64,000 nt of DNA from an uncultured Actinomycetes bacterium. GTDB taxonomy: Bacteria > Actinomycetota > UBA4738 > HRBIN12. A model generated the notes under the pieces. That model searched no databases, was not told where the DNA came from, and saw nothing but the letters and a program-made list of their open reading frames with translations. The translations under genes and the position numbers were made by a program. Position 1 is the first letter of the stretch, and every line of letters starts with the position of its first letter. Positions 40,457 through 54,551 of this stretch are shown here, piece by piece. Where the stretch lies: positions 1,984,001 to 2,048,000 of the forward strand of contig OY969934.1 of NCBI GenBank assembly GCA_963704725.1, given 5' to 3'.

Positions 40457-40915
40457 TCAGGCGCCGGCCGGCGCGTCGGCCCCGGTCGAGGACGCCGCCG
40501 CCCCCTCCGCCACCGATGCCGGGGCTCGCGTGGCCGTCGAGCGCTTGGCCGCGGGACGCTTTGCGGCACTGGGTTTGGCGGCGGCCGGACGCTTGGCGGC
40601 GGGTCGCTTGGCCGGCGTCGACGGGGCCGGTGCGGCCTCCGCCTTCTCGAGCTGGCGGACGCGTCGGCGCAGCGCGTCGACCTCGTCGCGCGAGGCCACC
40701 CCGACCTGCTTGAGCTGGGTCCGCACCTCCGTCCGGACGAGCTCGCCGAGCCGCTCCCGGTTCTTGTTCGACCACTCCATCAGGTCCTGGGCGGCCTTGC
40801 CGATCTGCTCCTTGCCCTGACCCTGCAGGAGGGACGAGGCGAGCTCGCGAGCCTTCTTCGGCGAGAGCTTGCCGATCGCCGCCTCCATGTACCGGCGGAC
40901 CTCGTTGACGACCAT
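40457..40915 (-). CDS. Hypothetical protein: helical N-terminus with Ala/Lys/Pro-rich repeat tail
   Basis: VASRDEVDALRRRVRQLE coiled coil then AKRPAAKRPAAAKPSAAKRPAAKR. Confidence 0.65.
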   Translation of the reverse strand: MVVNEVRRYMEAAIGKLSPKKARELASSLLQGQGKEQIGKAAQDLMEWSNKNRERLGELVRTEVRTQLKQVGVASRDEVDALRRRVRQLEKAEAAPAPSTPAKRPAAKRPAAAKPSAAKRPAAKRSTATRAPASVAEGAAASSTGADAPAGA

Positions 40916-40998
40916 GGGGACTCCTTCGTCGCGCACTGCGACGCCAGGATACCGCCGGGGTACGCTCCCCGGATGTCGCCCGGCTCGCAGGCGATCCC

Positions 40999-41808
40999 GT
41001 GATCCCGATCAAGGACGCCAACCCCACCAGCCGCGTCCCGATCGTGACCCTCGCCCTCATCGCGGCGAACGTGGCCGTGTTCCTGCTCTGGCAGCCGTCG
41101 TTCGGCACCTCGACCGAACAGCAGGACTTCTACTTCTGCCATGCGGAGATCTCGTTCGAGGTGACGCACCAGGAGAACCTGGCCCAGGGCGGCCCCGAGG
41201 CCAGCCGGGCGATCGACGAGGCGTTCGGACAGCCCGGCGCCGGCGACTTCGTTCAGGGCAGGATGCGGCAGCTCTGCCCCGACAAGAGCTGGCTGCTCTC
41301 GATCTTCGTGGCGATGTTCCTGCACGGGAGCTGGCTCCACATCGGGGGCAACATGCTCTTCCTTTGGGTGTTCGGCAACAACGTCGAGGATCGCCTCGGG
41401 TACCTCGTCTATCCGCTCTTCTACGTGATGGGCGGCCTCGCCGCTGCCGGGCTGCAGATCGCGTTCGCCCCGAACTCCACGGTCCCGAGCCTCGGGGCGT
41501 CCGGCGCGATCGGCGCCGTCTTGGGAGCGTACGCGGTGCTGTTCCCCAACGCCCGGGTCACCACGCTGGTCATCTTCTTCTTCATCACCGTGGTCCAGAT
41601 CCGCGCCGTCTTCGTGCTCGTGGGGTGGTTCGTCCTGCAGCTCCTGAGCGGCGCCGGCCAGCTCGGCACGAACGTGAACGGCGGCGTCGCCTACTGGGCA
41701 CACGTGGGCGGGTTCGCGTTCGGGGCGGTGGTGGCGTGGGTGTTCCATCGCCCCCGGGGCCGACGGTCGACGCTCTACGGCGTGCCGCGCCGGCCCGACA
41801 CGCCCTGA
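40999..41808 (+). CDS. Rhomboid family intramembrane serine protease
   Basis: FLHGSWLHIGGNM, GASGA, AHVGG. Confidence 0.94.
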   Translation: MIPIKDANPTSRVPIVTLALIAANVAVFLLWQPSFGTSTEQQDFYFCHAEISFEVTHQENLAQGGPEASRAIDEAFGQPGAGDFVQGRMRQLCPDKSWLLSIFVAMFLHGSWLHIGGNMLFLWVFGNNVEDRLGYLVYPLFYVMGGLAAAGLQIAFAPNSTVPSLGASGAIGAVLGAYAVLFPNARVTTLVIFFFITVVQIRAVFVLVGWFVLQLLSGAGQLGTNVNGGVAYWAHVGGFAFGAVVAWVFHRPRGRRSTLYGVPRRPDTP

Positions 41809-42584
41809 GCCTCGCCGTCCACGAGCGCCCGGAGGTCCTCGGCCACGAACGTCGGTCTGGGCTGTGAGGCCGCCGCGTCCTCTGGGGTCGAGACGCCGGT
41901 CAGGACGAGCAGCGAGTCCCAGCCCATCCCCGCGGCCCCCGCGATGTCCGTGTCGATCCGATCCCCGATCACGAGCGGCGTCGAGGCGTTCGCGCGATCG
42001 CGGGCGGCCTCGAACAGCGGAGCGAACGGCTTGCCCACGACCTCCGCCGCCGCTCCCGTCGTCTCCGTGATCACCGCCAACAGGGCGCCGGCCCCGGGCC
42101 ACACGGCGCCGGCGGCCGGGAAGGACCGGTCGGGGTTGGTCGCCACCAGCTTCGCCCCCCGCTCAACGAGCACACACGCCGTGCGGAGCTTCGCGTACGT
42201 GACCTCGAGGTCCACGCCGACGACCACGACGTCGACCCGATCGGGCTCGCCGCCCCGGACCTCGATCCCGGCGTCGGCGAGCGCCGTGCGGATGCCGTCC
42301 TGCCCCACCACGAAGGCGGTGCCGCCACCGCGGGCGGCGAGCAGGTCTGCCGTGGCGAGCGCGGACGTGACGACCTCGAAGGGGCGGGCCTCGATCCCCA
42401 TGCCGGTGAGCTTGGCCGCAACCTGCTCCGGCGTGCGCGAGGAGTTGTTCGTCAGGAAGATCGGTCGGAGCTCCGCCGTCCGGAGCGCCGCCATCGCCTC
42501 GACGGCGTGCGGGACCGGGAGCTCTCCCCGATACAGCACCCCGTCCAGGTCGAACAGGAGGACGTCGTACCGCTCGGCCAGCAT
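41775..42584 (-). CDS. HAD-IIA (NagD-like) hydrolase
   Basis: DLDGV, TNNS, GKP, IGDRIDTDI. Confidence 0.93.
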   Translation of the reverse strand: MLAERYDVLLFDLDGVLYRGELPVPHAVEAMAALRTAELRPIFLTNNSSRTPEQVAAKLTGMGIEARPFEVVTSALATADLLAARGGGTAFVVGQDGIRTALADAGIEVRGGEPDRVDVVVVGVDLEVTYAKLRTACVLVERGAKLVATNPDRSFPAAGAVWPGAGALLAVITETTGAAAEVVGKPFAPLFEAARDRANASTPLVIGDRIDTDIAGAAGMGWDSLLVLTGVSTPEDAAASQPRPTFVAEDLRALVDGEAQGVSGRRGTP

Positions 42585-42964
42585 CAGCCGGCGAGACGGG
42601 CGAGCGCGCGCTCGTAGTGCTCGACACCGGGGCGCATGGCGATGGCGAGCTTCAGGTGGCCGATCGCCCGGGAGCGCTCTCCGGTGCGCGCGCACGCCAG
42701 GGCCAGCCCGAAGCGGGCGTAGTCGCTGGCGGGGTCGAGCTGGACCGCCTTGGCGAACTCACGGCGCGCGGCGTGCGTGCGCCCGGCCATGAACAGGGCG
42801 CGCCCGAGGGCCTCGCGGATCGAGGCCTTGTCCGGCTCGAGCAGCTTGACCCGGCCCAGGAGCAGCGCGGCCTGGTGGGGATGGCCGCCGGTGAGGAAGC
42901 CGACGCCCCGCGAGAAGAGCTCGTACGCGGTCTCCCTCTCGTGCTCGGGTCGCCTGCTATACAT
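42584..42964 (-). CDS. Tetratricopeptide repeat protein
   Basis: EPDKASIREALGRALF, DPASDYARFGLA helical repeats. Confidence 0.8.
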   Translation of the reverse strand: MYSRRPEHERETAYELFSRGVGFLTGGHPHQAALLLGRVKLLEPDKASIREALGRALFMAGRTHAARREFAKAVQLDPASDYARFGLALACARTGERSRAIGHLKLAIAMRPGVEHYERALARLAG

Positions 42965-42969
42965 GGTCG

Positions 42970-44136
42970 ATGCCTCGCATCTCGCCCTTCGTCGGCCTGT
43001 GCTTCGATCCGTCGCGGGTCGGATCCCTCGAGCGCGTGACCGCACCACCTTACGACGTGATCTCCGAACGGGAGCATGCCAGGCTCCTCGCCGCGAGCCC
43101 CTACAACGTGATCCGTCTCGATCTCGGCCGGGAGCCCGGTGGCGACGGCGCGGAGCGGTACGCGAACGCGGCGCAGGACCTCGCGGAATGGCGCTCGAGC
43201 GGCGTGTTGGCACCCACCGGCATGCCGTCGTACTTCCCGTACGAGATGCGCTTCTCGCTGCACGGCCGCCGGCGCCGCGTGCGCGGCCTCGTCTGCGCGG
43301 TCGAGCTTCAGGACTGGGGCGGGGAGATCCTGCCGCACGAACACGTCATGGCCGCGCCCGTCGAGGACCGCCTGCGCCTGGTCCGCGCGACCGGGGCGAA
43401 CCTCTCGAGCGTCTACGCCGTCTTCGTGGGGCCGAACCGGCCGCTCGGGGCCTGGCTCGAGGAGCGCACCTCGGCCGAGCCCGTGGCCGCCATGGTGGAC
43501 CCGGACGGCGTGGAGCACCTGCTGTGGCGGGCGCCGGCCGATCCCGACGTGGCGGGATGGCTCCAGGGCGAGTCCCTCATGATCGCCGACGGCCACCATC
43601 GGTACACGACCGCGCTTCGGTACCGCGACGAGATGCGCGCCGCCCGCGGGCCGGGGCCGTGGGACTCGTCGATGATGCTGGTCGTCGACGCCGCCCTCGA
43701 GGACCCACCGGTGCTCCCCTACCACCGCGTCCAGCGCTCGGGGCCCGTGCCCGGCGAGGGCGTCCGCGTCAGGGACCTGGAGGAGGTGCTGGAGTCCGTC
43801 GACGACGGCAAGGTCCGGTTGGGGATCGCGACGCACGAGGACGGAGCGCTCGTGCACCGGCTTCTCGAGCTCGACGGCGGACCCCCCACCGTGTGCCGGC
43901 TCCACGAGGACATCCTGGCCGGGCTCGACGCCGAGCTCTGGTACACGCCCGACGCCGTGGCCGCGGAGGAGGCCGTGCGTGCCGGCGAGGCGGTCGCCGC
44001 CTACCTCCTGGCGCCGACCAACTCGGCGACCATCCGAACGGTCGTGGACGCCGGCGCTCGACTCCCCCGCAAGTCCACGTTCTTCTGGCCCAAGCCCCGC
44101 ACGGGCCTGGTGTTCCGCCCGCACGACCTGGCCTGA
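42970..44136 (+). CDS. DUF1015 family protein
   Basis: APPYDVI, ILPHE, IADGHHRY, PRKSTFFWPK. Confidence 0.92.
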   Translation: MPRISPFVGLCFDPSRVGSLERVTAPPYDVISEREHARLLAASPYNVIRLDLGREPGGDGAERYANAAQDLAEWRSSGVLAPTGMPSYFPYEMRFSLHGRRRRVRGLVCAVELQDWGGEILPHEHVMAAPVEDRLRLVRATGANLSSVYAVFVGPNRPLGAWLEERTSAEPVAAMVDPDGVEHLLWRAPADPDVAGWLQGESLMIADGHHRYTTALRYRDEMRAARGPGPWDSSMMLVVDAALEDPPVLPYHRVQRSGPVPGEGVRVRDLEEVLESVDDGKVRLGIATHEDGALVHRLLELDGGPPTVCRLHEDILAGLDAELWYTPDAVAAEEAVRAGEAVAAYLLAPTNSATIRTVVDAGARLPRKSTFFWPKPRTGLVFRPHDLA

Positions 44137-44142
44137 CGGGGC

Positions 44143-44469
44143 CTACTCCTCCTCGGGACGCACCAGCTTCTTGATCCCCGAGGCGACGACCTCGGTGAGG
44201 CTCCGGGCCCCGGCTCCGCTCCGGTAGAACCGCCGCACGAGCTGGCCGTAGACGAGCACGTCGTCCCCCTTGGCGAGGCCCTTCAACGCGCGCTTGCCGA
44301 CGTCCCGATGCCAGGCGGCGACGGGGAGAGGGAGGAGGCGTCTGCCCGCTTCCGGAACGGAGAGCCGGAGCTCGGTGACCTCGTCGCCCGACGGCATCCG
44401 GCGCTCGACCGGTTCGGCCGCGACCCTGCCGGCGAGCACGACGACGTTGACCGCCACCACGTTGCTCAC
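44143..44469 (-). CDS. Short SSB-family (OB-fold) protein
   Basis: NVVVLAGRV..ERRMPSGD..G.LVRRFYR..SLTEV; no DDxPF tail. Confidence 0.8.
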   Translation of the reverse strand: MSNVVAVNVVVLAGRVAAEPVERRMPSGDEVTELRLSVPEAGRRLLPLPVAAWHRDVGKRALKGLAKGDDVLVYGQLVRRFYRSGAGARSLTEVVASGIKKLVRPEEE

Positions 44470-44536
44470 TCCGATCCCCCCTTCCGGCGCGAAGCTAGCA
44501 GCCGCTACCGACACGCCCGTCTACACTCGGCGTCCC

Positions 44537-45487
44537 GTGGAGCCCATCGTCACCCAGATCGCGCCCGGCCTCTCGGCGATCGACACCTTCTACGCCGGTC
44601 GCGAGCGCTACACCGCTGCGTACCTGCTCGCGGCGCGGGAGCCGGCGATCGTCGAGACCGGCCCCACGACCTCGCACGACCACGTCGTGGCCGGGCTCGA
44701 GCGGCTGGGGATCGGCCCCGAGGATCTCGCGCACGTGGTGGTGACCCACATCCACCTCGACCACGCGGGCGGCGTCGGGGCGATGTGCGACCGCTACCCG
44801 CGGGCCACGGTGTGGGTCCACGAGCGCGGCGCCCGCCACCTCGCCGAGCCGGGCCGGCTCGTCGCGAGCGCCACGTCCATCTACGGGCCGACCCAGATGG
44901 AGAGGCTCTTCGGACGCGTCGACCCCGTTCCGGCGCACCGGATCCGGAGCCTGGCCGACGGCGACGTCGTCGATCTGGGAGGGCGGTCCCTCACCGCGGC
45001 TTCCACCCCGGGCCACGCCAAGCATCAGGTGGCGCTGGTGGACTCGGACACCGGAGCGGTGTTCACGGGAGACGCCCTCGGCATCCATCCTCCGGATCTG
45101 CGCGTGCTCCGGCCCGCCACGCCGCCGCCCGACTACGACCTGGAACAGGCGCTCGAAAGCATCGAGCGGATCCGGGCGCTCGCCGGCGAGCTCCTGCTGT
45201 TCTCGCACTTCGGCCCGGTGCGCGAGGTCGACCGCATCTGCGACCTGGCGGTCGAGCGGTTCCGGGGGTGGACCGAGGCGGTGCGGCGGGCCATGGAGCA
45301 CACGGACGACCTCGACGAGATCGTCGCCTCGCTCGAGGCCGAGTCGCGGCGCGACGTCGAGACCGGCGCCGAGGCCTCGATCGACCTGGACCGATTCGAG
45401 ATCCTGTCGAGCGTGCGCATGAACGCGATGGGCATCGTGCGCTACTGGCGGCAGCGGCGGGAGGCCGCCGCCGGTCAGGAGAGCTGA
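44537..45487 (+). CDS. MBL-fold metallo-hydrolase
   Basis: THIHLDHAGG, PGHA, FTGD, SHFG. Confidence 0.92.
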   Translation: MEPIVTQIAPGLSAIDTFYAGRERYTAAYLLAAREPAIVETGPTTSHDHVVAGLERLGIGPEDLAHVVVTHIHLDHAGGVGAMCDRYPRATVWVHERGARHLAEPGRLVASATSIYGPTQMERLFGRVDPVPAHRIRSLADGDVVDLGGRSLTAASTPGHAKHQVALVDSDTGAVFTGDALGIHPPDLRVLRPATPPPDYDLEQALESIERIRALAGELLLFSHFGPVREVDRICDLAVERFRGWTEAVRRAMEHTDDLDEIVASLEAESRRDVETGAEASIDLDRFEILSSVRMNAMGIVRYWRQRREAAAGQES

Positions 45488-46167
45488 GCGAGGCGCTCCG
45501 CGACGTCGTAGGCCGCGGCGTCGTGCCGCAGGATCTTGCGGAACTCCCGGACCGCCTCCTGGGGGCGACCGGCCTTGGCCAGGATGTCGCCGGTCACGTA
45601 CCACACCCGGATCACCTCGGGGCGCGACACGTCGTCATGCGTCCGGATCCGCCGGAGCAGCCCGAGCGCCTGGTCGAACTTGGACTGGTCGGCGAGGGCG
45701 CTGGCCGCGACGATGACGGCTTCGGTCCTGGCCGACAGGGGCACGCCCCGCGCGGACAGGGCCTCCTCCGCCAGCGGGACGGCCCGGTCCGGACGCCCCA
45801 CGAACCGCAGGCAGTCCGCGATGATGTGGTTCTGGTCGGCCCGGCCGGACATCCGGCGATACGCCTGCATCTCCGTCAGCGCCTCGCGGTAGCGGTCGAG
45901 CCCGTACAGGGCCAGGCCCAGCACCTCGCGGACGGCGGCCGAGCGGGGGGCCAGGTCCTTGGCCTTCTGTGCCTCGGCCGCGGCGCCGCGGGCGTCGTCG
46001 CGCTCCAGGAGCTCGGCCGCCCGCTCCAGGCGGGCGATCGCCGCCTCGGCCTGGTTGGCCCGCGCGGTCTGGCGGAGCTCCGACACCACCTCTGCGGGCA
46101 GGGCGGACCGCCGGCGAGCCCGGGACGGGCCGTGCGGACCGGGCTTGGATCGGAAGGCCTTGGGCAT
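45475..46167 (-). CDS. Tetratricopeptide repeat protein
   Basis: AVREVLGLALY, ADCLRFVGRP, YDVAERL; the usual gene downstream of the actinobacterial tyrS-linked rrn. Confidence 0.8.
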   Translation of the reverse strand: MPKAFRSKPGPHGPSRARRRSALPAEVVSELRQTARANQAEAAIARLERAAELLERDDARGAAAEAQKAKDLAPRSAAVREVLGLALYGLDRYREALTEMQAYRRMSGRADQNHIIADCLRFVGRPDRAVPLAEEALSARGVPLSARTEAVIVAASALADQSKFDQALGLLRRIRTHDDVSRPEVIRVWYVTGDILAKAGRPQEAVREFRKILRHDAAAYDVAERLAQLS

Positions 46168-46212
46168 CGGACGGCCAGCGTACCCGGCGCGGCGCGGGGA
46201 ACCCCGGAAACG

Positions 46213-46244
46213 CAGAAGAGCCGCCCCGAAGGGCGGCTCTTCTG
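46213..46244 (-). terminator. rRNA operon terminator
   Basis: cagaagagccgccc-cgaa-gggcggctcttctg 14-bp perfect stem (UUCG loop on the minus strand) right after 5S. Confidence 0.85.
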
Positions 46245-46250
46245 AACGAT

Positions 46251-46370
46251 GTCCCGGCGGCGACCTACTCTCCCACCCAGTTGCCCGGGCAGTACCATCG
46301 GCGCTGGAGGGCTTAACTTCCGGGTTCGAGATGGGACCGGGTGTTTCCCCTCCGCCATGACCACCGAAAC
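46251..46370 (-). rRNA. rrf: 5S rRNA
   Basis: GTTTCGGTGGTCATGGCGGAGGGGAAACACCCGGTCCCATCTCGAACCCGGAAGTTAAGCCC... Confidence 0.97.
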
Positions 46371-46455
46371 GGAGCTTCCCGATCGCTCGGGACGTCCGAT
46401 TGGGGGCGCGGCCCCCGAGCAGAGCTCGGGAACTGCGATAGCGAGCGCGAGCAAT

Positions 46456-49559
<3,104 letters not shown>

Positions 49560-49780
49560 GTAGATGCTCGCGCTCGCTATCGAGTTCTCAAGGTGCCCGG
49601 GAGCTCGCACCCCCAGAGCTGAACAGTGTGCCCGGCCGGCTCCCCCGGGTCGCCTCGCCGTTCGCCCCCTGAGGGGGTACTAGCGCGAGGGCGATCCGAG
49701 CTCGCCCGCCGAATAGCCAGTGCACCGACCTGGAGTCTCCGAGGCCGACCGAACGGCCGGCCTCGGGGTGCCAAGTGGCT

Positions 49781-51316
<1,536 letters not shown>

Positions 51317-51563
51317 GAACCGTCGATCCGGCCGGATGGCCGGCTTGGGTTCGGTGTTGGAAAGTCGGCTCCGCCGGGTAGCACCCCCGGCTCGGCCTCC
51401 TGTGATTCGGTTTCGTACGACCGTCTGCTGCCAGGCACGGCGAACCGCGCCTCCCAGCCGACGGGGAAACGCACTGGCTTTTGGCACACTGTTCAGTTCT
51501 CAAGGTGCGTGCAGCGGCCCACGATGGAGGTGGACTCCAAAGGAAGGGTCGCGCCGACTGCTC

Positions 51564-51592
51564 ATAGTAGGCATCCCGCGAGGCTGCGTCAA
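51564..51592 (-). promoter_or_regulatory. rRNA operon promoter
   Basis: TTGACG (51592-51587) - 17 nt - TACTAT (51569-51564); boxA-like GCACCTTGAGAACT in both leader (~51495-51508) and ITS (~49583-49596). Confidence 0.8.
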
Positions 51593-51635
51593 CCGTGCTG
51601 CCAGCGGGCTCCGAGGGCGCCCCGCTCCGAACGGC

Positions 51636-51673
51636 CGGCCACCCCCCTCGCGGCCCCGCGAGGGGGGTGGCCG
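51636..51673 (-). terminator. Long GC hairpin after the M14 peptidase gene
   Basis: cggccacccccctcgcg / cgcgaggggggtggccg inverted repeat. Confidence 0.65.
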
Positions 51674-51704
51674 AAGCCCTCCCCCCTCGCGGTCCGCCTC
51701 GTGC

Positions 51705-54353
51705 TCAGGCCTCGTCCGTCAGGTTCGACCAGAGGGCCGCCTGGCCGACGAAGAGCCACTCGCGCTCCGCGTCCCCCCGGGAGAACGGGTTCGTCGCGAG
51801 CGCGGCGTACCGGCTCCCCACGGTGGTGTCCCCGTGGAGCGCCATCGGGGCCCCGGCCGCCGCCGGGTTCCGGTCGAGCCACAGGCCCGCCACGAACATC
51901 GCCGTCGTGTCGGGGAGGTACTGACCGTCCACCGACGCGCTCGTCGGCACCGCCGAGAAGAACGTCACGTTCGACGGCAGGTACAGGTAGTCCTGGGCGG
52001 TGAATCCTCCGGTGAGCGGACCGTTCAGTCCCACGTTGTCCCACCTCGCGATGCCGCCTCCCGCGGAATCGCTCGTCTGCGTGAGCGGGGTCGTGACGAG
52101 CCCCGCGCCGGTCAGGAAGTTGAAGTTGTTCCCCGACTGGCTGGTTCCGATGTACCCACCGCCACGGGCGAAGAAGGCCTGCAGTCGGTCCCTCGCGACG
52201 GTGTTGGCGACGGAGGGGTAGTTCTGGCCGGCGTTGTAGATCACGTCGAAGCCGAGCAGGGGGTCGTCGGCGGCGTTCTGGAGCGAGTCGGTGCCGTTGA
52301 CCGTCGAGACGAAGGCCGTGTCCGGTCCGAAGATCTGCTGCAGCGACCACATCGTGTCGTTCACCACGGGCGCCGAGCTGTTCACCAGGACCGCGACCTT
52401 CGGAGCCTCGTCGACTTGGGTGGTGGCCGGCTTCGGCCCCGTGTGCGGCTCGAACACGATCCCCGCGGCCTGGCCCGCGGTCCTGAGCGCAGCGACCGTG
52501 GCGGCGTCGGCGGGGAAGATCAGCGAGCCGGCCGGGCTGGCGCCCGAGACCTCGGCGATCTCCGCGTCGATGCCACTGCGGAGGAGATCAAGGACCGCAC
52601 GAACCTCGGAGGGACCCCGGAGGGTCAGGGAGTACCAGGTCGGCTTTCCCTTCGAGCCCCCCACGCCCCCCGTCAGCGGGTTCGGCGTCGCCTGCGCCTG
52701 GGTGGTGGGGTTGAAGGAGGCGCTCCCCGCCGGGATCTCGACGACATCGGCCCCCCAGAGCTGCCCGTGGCTCCAGGCGCCCGGAGGAGCGTACAGCTGG
52801 CTGATCCGATCCGAGATGTCCTGGCCGGCATCGAGCGCCGTGAGGGCGAGTCCCCGGAAGGGCTGATCCATCCAGACGACGTACGAGCTCTTCGGGAACG
52901 TGATCCTCCCGGACTTCCAGTTGTAGGCCTGCTTGATGGTCTCGACCTGGATCCCGTTGTCGAGCAACCACTGCACCAGCCTGTTCGCCTCGGCATCGGA
53001 CCGCTGGCCGGAACCGTCGAACGGGATCACGAAGGCCTTCGGATACGGAACCATCCAGTTGTGCTGATCCTCCGTGAAGCCGCGCGCCGCGATGTCGGGG
53101 TCGTCACAGCAGTCGGGACGGGCCGCGCCCGTGACGCCGCGGCGGAAGATCTCGAGCTGGTCGTGAAGGATCGGGTTGCGGTGCTCGATCCAGAAGGCGG
53201 CCGACGAGTAGAAGCCGACGTACTGGGCCCGCTTCGACCCGAAGCGTCCGTCGCAGCCCGCGCCGCTGCTGCACATCTCCAGGGTCGAGCTGTCGACGCC
53301 GTAGAAGGCCATGTAGGTCTGGGTGTAGAAGGGACCCCAGTCGTCCCACCCCTCGGCGTAGGCCGGGCCGACGGGCGGGGTGTCGTCCGCGTCCGCGTTC
53401 CACTGATTCACGGGACGGGTGATGCCCATGCCCACGGCGGCCAGCGCCGCCTCGTTCGCATCCAGCCTGGGCTGGTTCCACCGCACGAACAGGTCGTAGT
53501 CGATGCCGGGGTTGTGCGGCTTGGTCAGCCCATCGATCAGCGTCGGGTTCACGTACCCGTGCATCGCGAGGCCAACCGGAGCGAGCCACTGCTGCTGGCG
53601 CGCGATCTCGTTGCGGATCTCCGACTGGGACTGCACGAGCAGGTCGCGGTTCATATCGAAGCTGTTGCCGTTGGATCGTTGCCCGATGAACCGGCCGTCC
53701 GGGTTCTCCGTGGGGACCACGACCAGGATCGCGTGATCCAGCAGGCCGTCCACGGTCGAGTTGACGCCGTACGGCGTGGTGACCAGGTCCCGGATCACCT
53801 GCATGATGGCGTCGGTTCCCTCTTCCTCGTTCCCGTGGATGTTGGCCTCGATGAAGATCGGGATCTTGACCTCGTCCCCCCACTGCGCCAGCAACGCCTG
53901 CCCGGCCGTGGGGTCGGTCAGCATGATCGAGCGGAGCTGAACCCACCGGTCGTAGTCACGCTGCTGCTCGGGGGTCTCGAGGGCGTTGACCACCACCTCG
54001 TACTGATCGAATCCCAGAGCCGACTGCCCGATGACCGAGTAGGACATCCGGGTGGGGATGCCGGCGTTCGCCGCTTCGGTCTGGAACCCGTCGAGGGTGC
54101 ATTGGATGGCCTCGAGCGGTATCAGGGCCAGCGGTGGTCCCTGCTGGTTCGCGATGTTCGATCCGGGAGCGGCGTCGGCGCACCACGCCTCGCCGTAGGT
54201 CGGGCCGAGGCCCGCGGAGATCGGGTTGCCGTCGAACGGCGGGGCGAGCTGGGCGCTCGCCGAGACCGGGACCATCAGCGCGGGGATCGCGAGCGCCAAG
54301 GCGGTCACGAGCGTCAACCAGGCCCTTGACGAGCGACTGACCGGTCGTTGCAC
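51705..54353 (-). CDS. Secreted M14 family zinc carboxypeptidase
   Basis: Signal peptide, IHGNEEEG (HxxE), NPDG, RSNGNSFDMNRD, MHG; SD GGGAGG before GTG 54353. Confidence 0.9.
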   Translation of the reverse strand: MQRPVSRSSRAWLTLVTALALAIPALMVPVSASAQLAPPFDGNPISAGLGPTYGEAWCADAAPGSNIANQQGPPLALIPLEAIQCTLDGFQTEAANAGIPTRMSYSVIGQSALGFDQYEVVVNALETPEQQRDYDRWVQLRSIMLTDPTAGQALLAQWGDEVKIPIFIEANIHGNEEEGTDAIMQVIRDLVTTPYGVNSTVDGLLDHAILVVVPTENPDGRFIGQRSNGNSFDMNRDLLVQSQSEIRNEIARQQQWLAPVGLAMHGYVNPTLIDGLTKPHNPGIDYDLFVRWNQPRLDANEAALAAVGMGITRPVNQWNADADDTPPVGPAYAEGWDDWGPFYTQTYMAFYGVDSSTLEMCSSGAGCDGRFGSKRAQYVGFYSSAAFWIEHRNPILHDQLEIFRRGVTGAARPDCCDDPDIAARGFTEDQHNWMVPYPKAFVIPFDGSGQRSDAEANRLVQWLLDNGIQVETIKQAYNWKSGRITFPKSSYVVWMDQPFRGLALTALDAGQDISDRISQLYAPPGAWSHGQLWGADVVEIPAGSASFNPTTQAQATPNPLTGGVGGSKGKPTWYSLTLRGPSEVRAVLDLLRSGIDAEIAEVSGASPAGSLIFPADAATVAALRTAGQAAGIVFEPHTGPKPATTQVDEAPKVAVLVNSSAPVVNDTMWSLQQIFGPDTAFVSTVNGTDSLQNAADDPLLGFDVIYNAGQNYPSVANTVARDRLQAFFARGGGYIGTSQSGNNFNFLTGAGLVTTPLTQTSDSAGGGIARWDNVGLNGPLTGGFTAQDYLYLPSNVTFFSAVPTSASVDGQYLPDTTAMFVAGLWLDRNPAAAGAPMALHGDTTVGSRYAALATNPFSRGDAEREWLFVGQAALWSNLTDEA

Positions 54354-54551
54354 GGAGCTACACCTCCCCTGTCGTGGACGAGCGCGAGCGGAGTGAGCGG
54401 TGACGACGGGGGGGACCTCGCCCCGCGCGGACCACCGGCCGCGAGGGGGCGGCGGGGTGCGCGGCAACGCGATGCACCACGGGCGGGTCCTTGGACGCGG
54501 ACGAGGGCTATCCAAGCCGAATCCGACCCGTCCGGTCAAATTGCGATCGCC

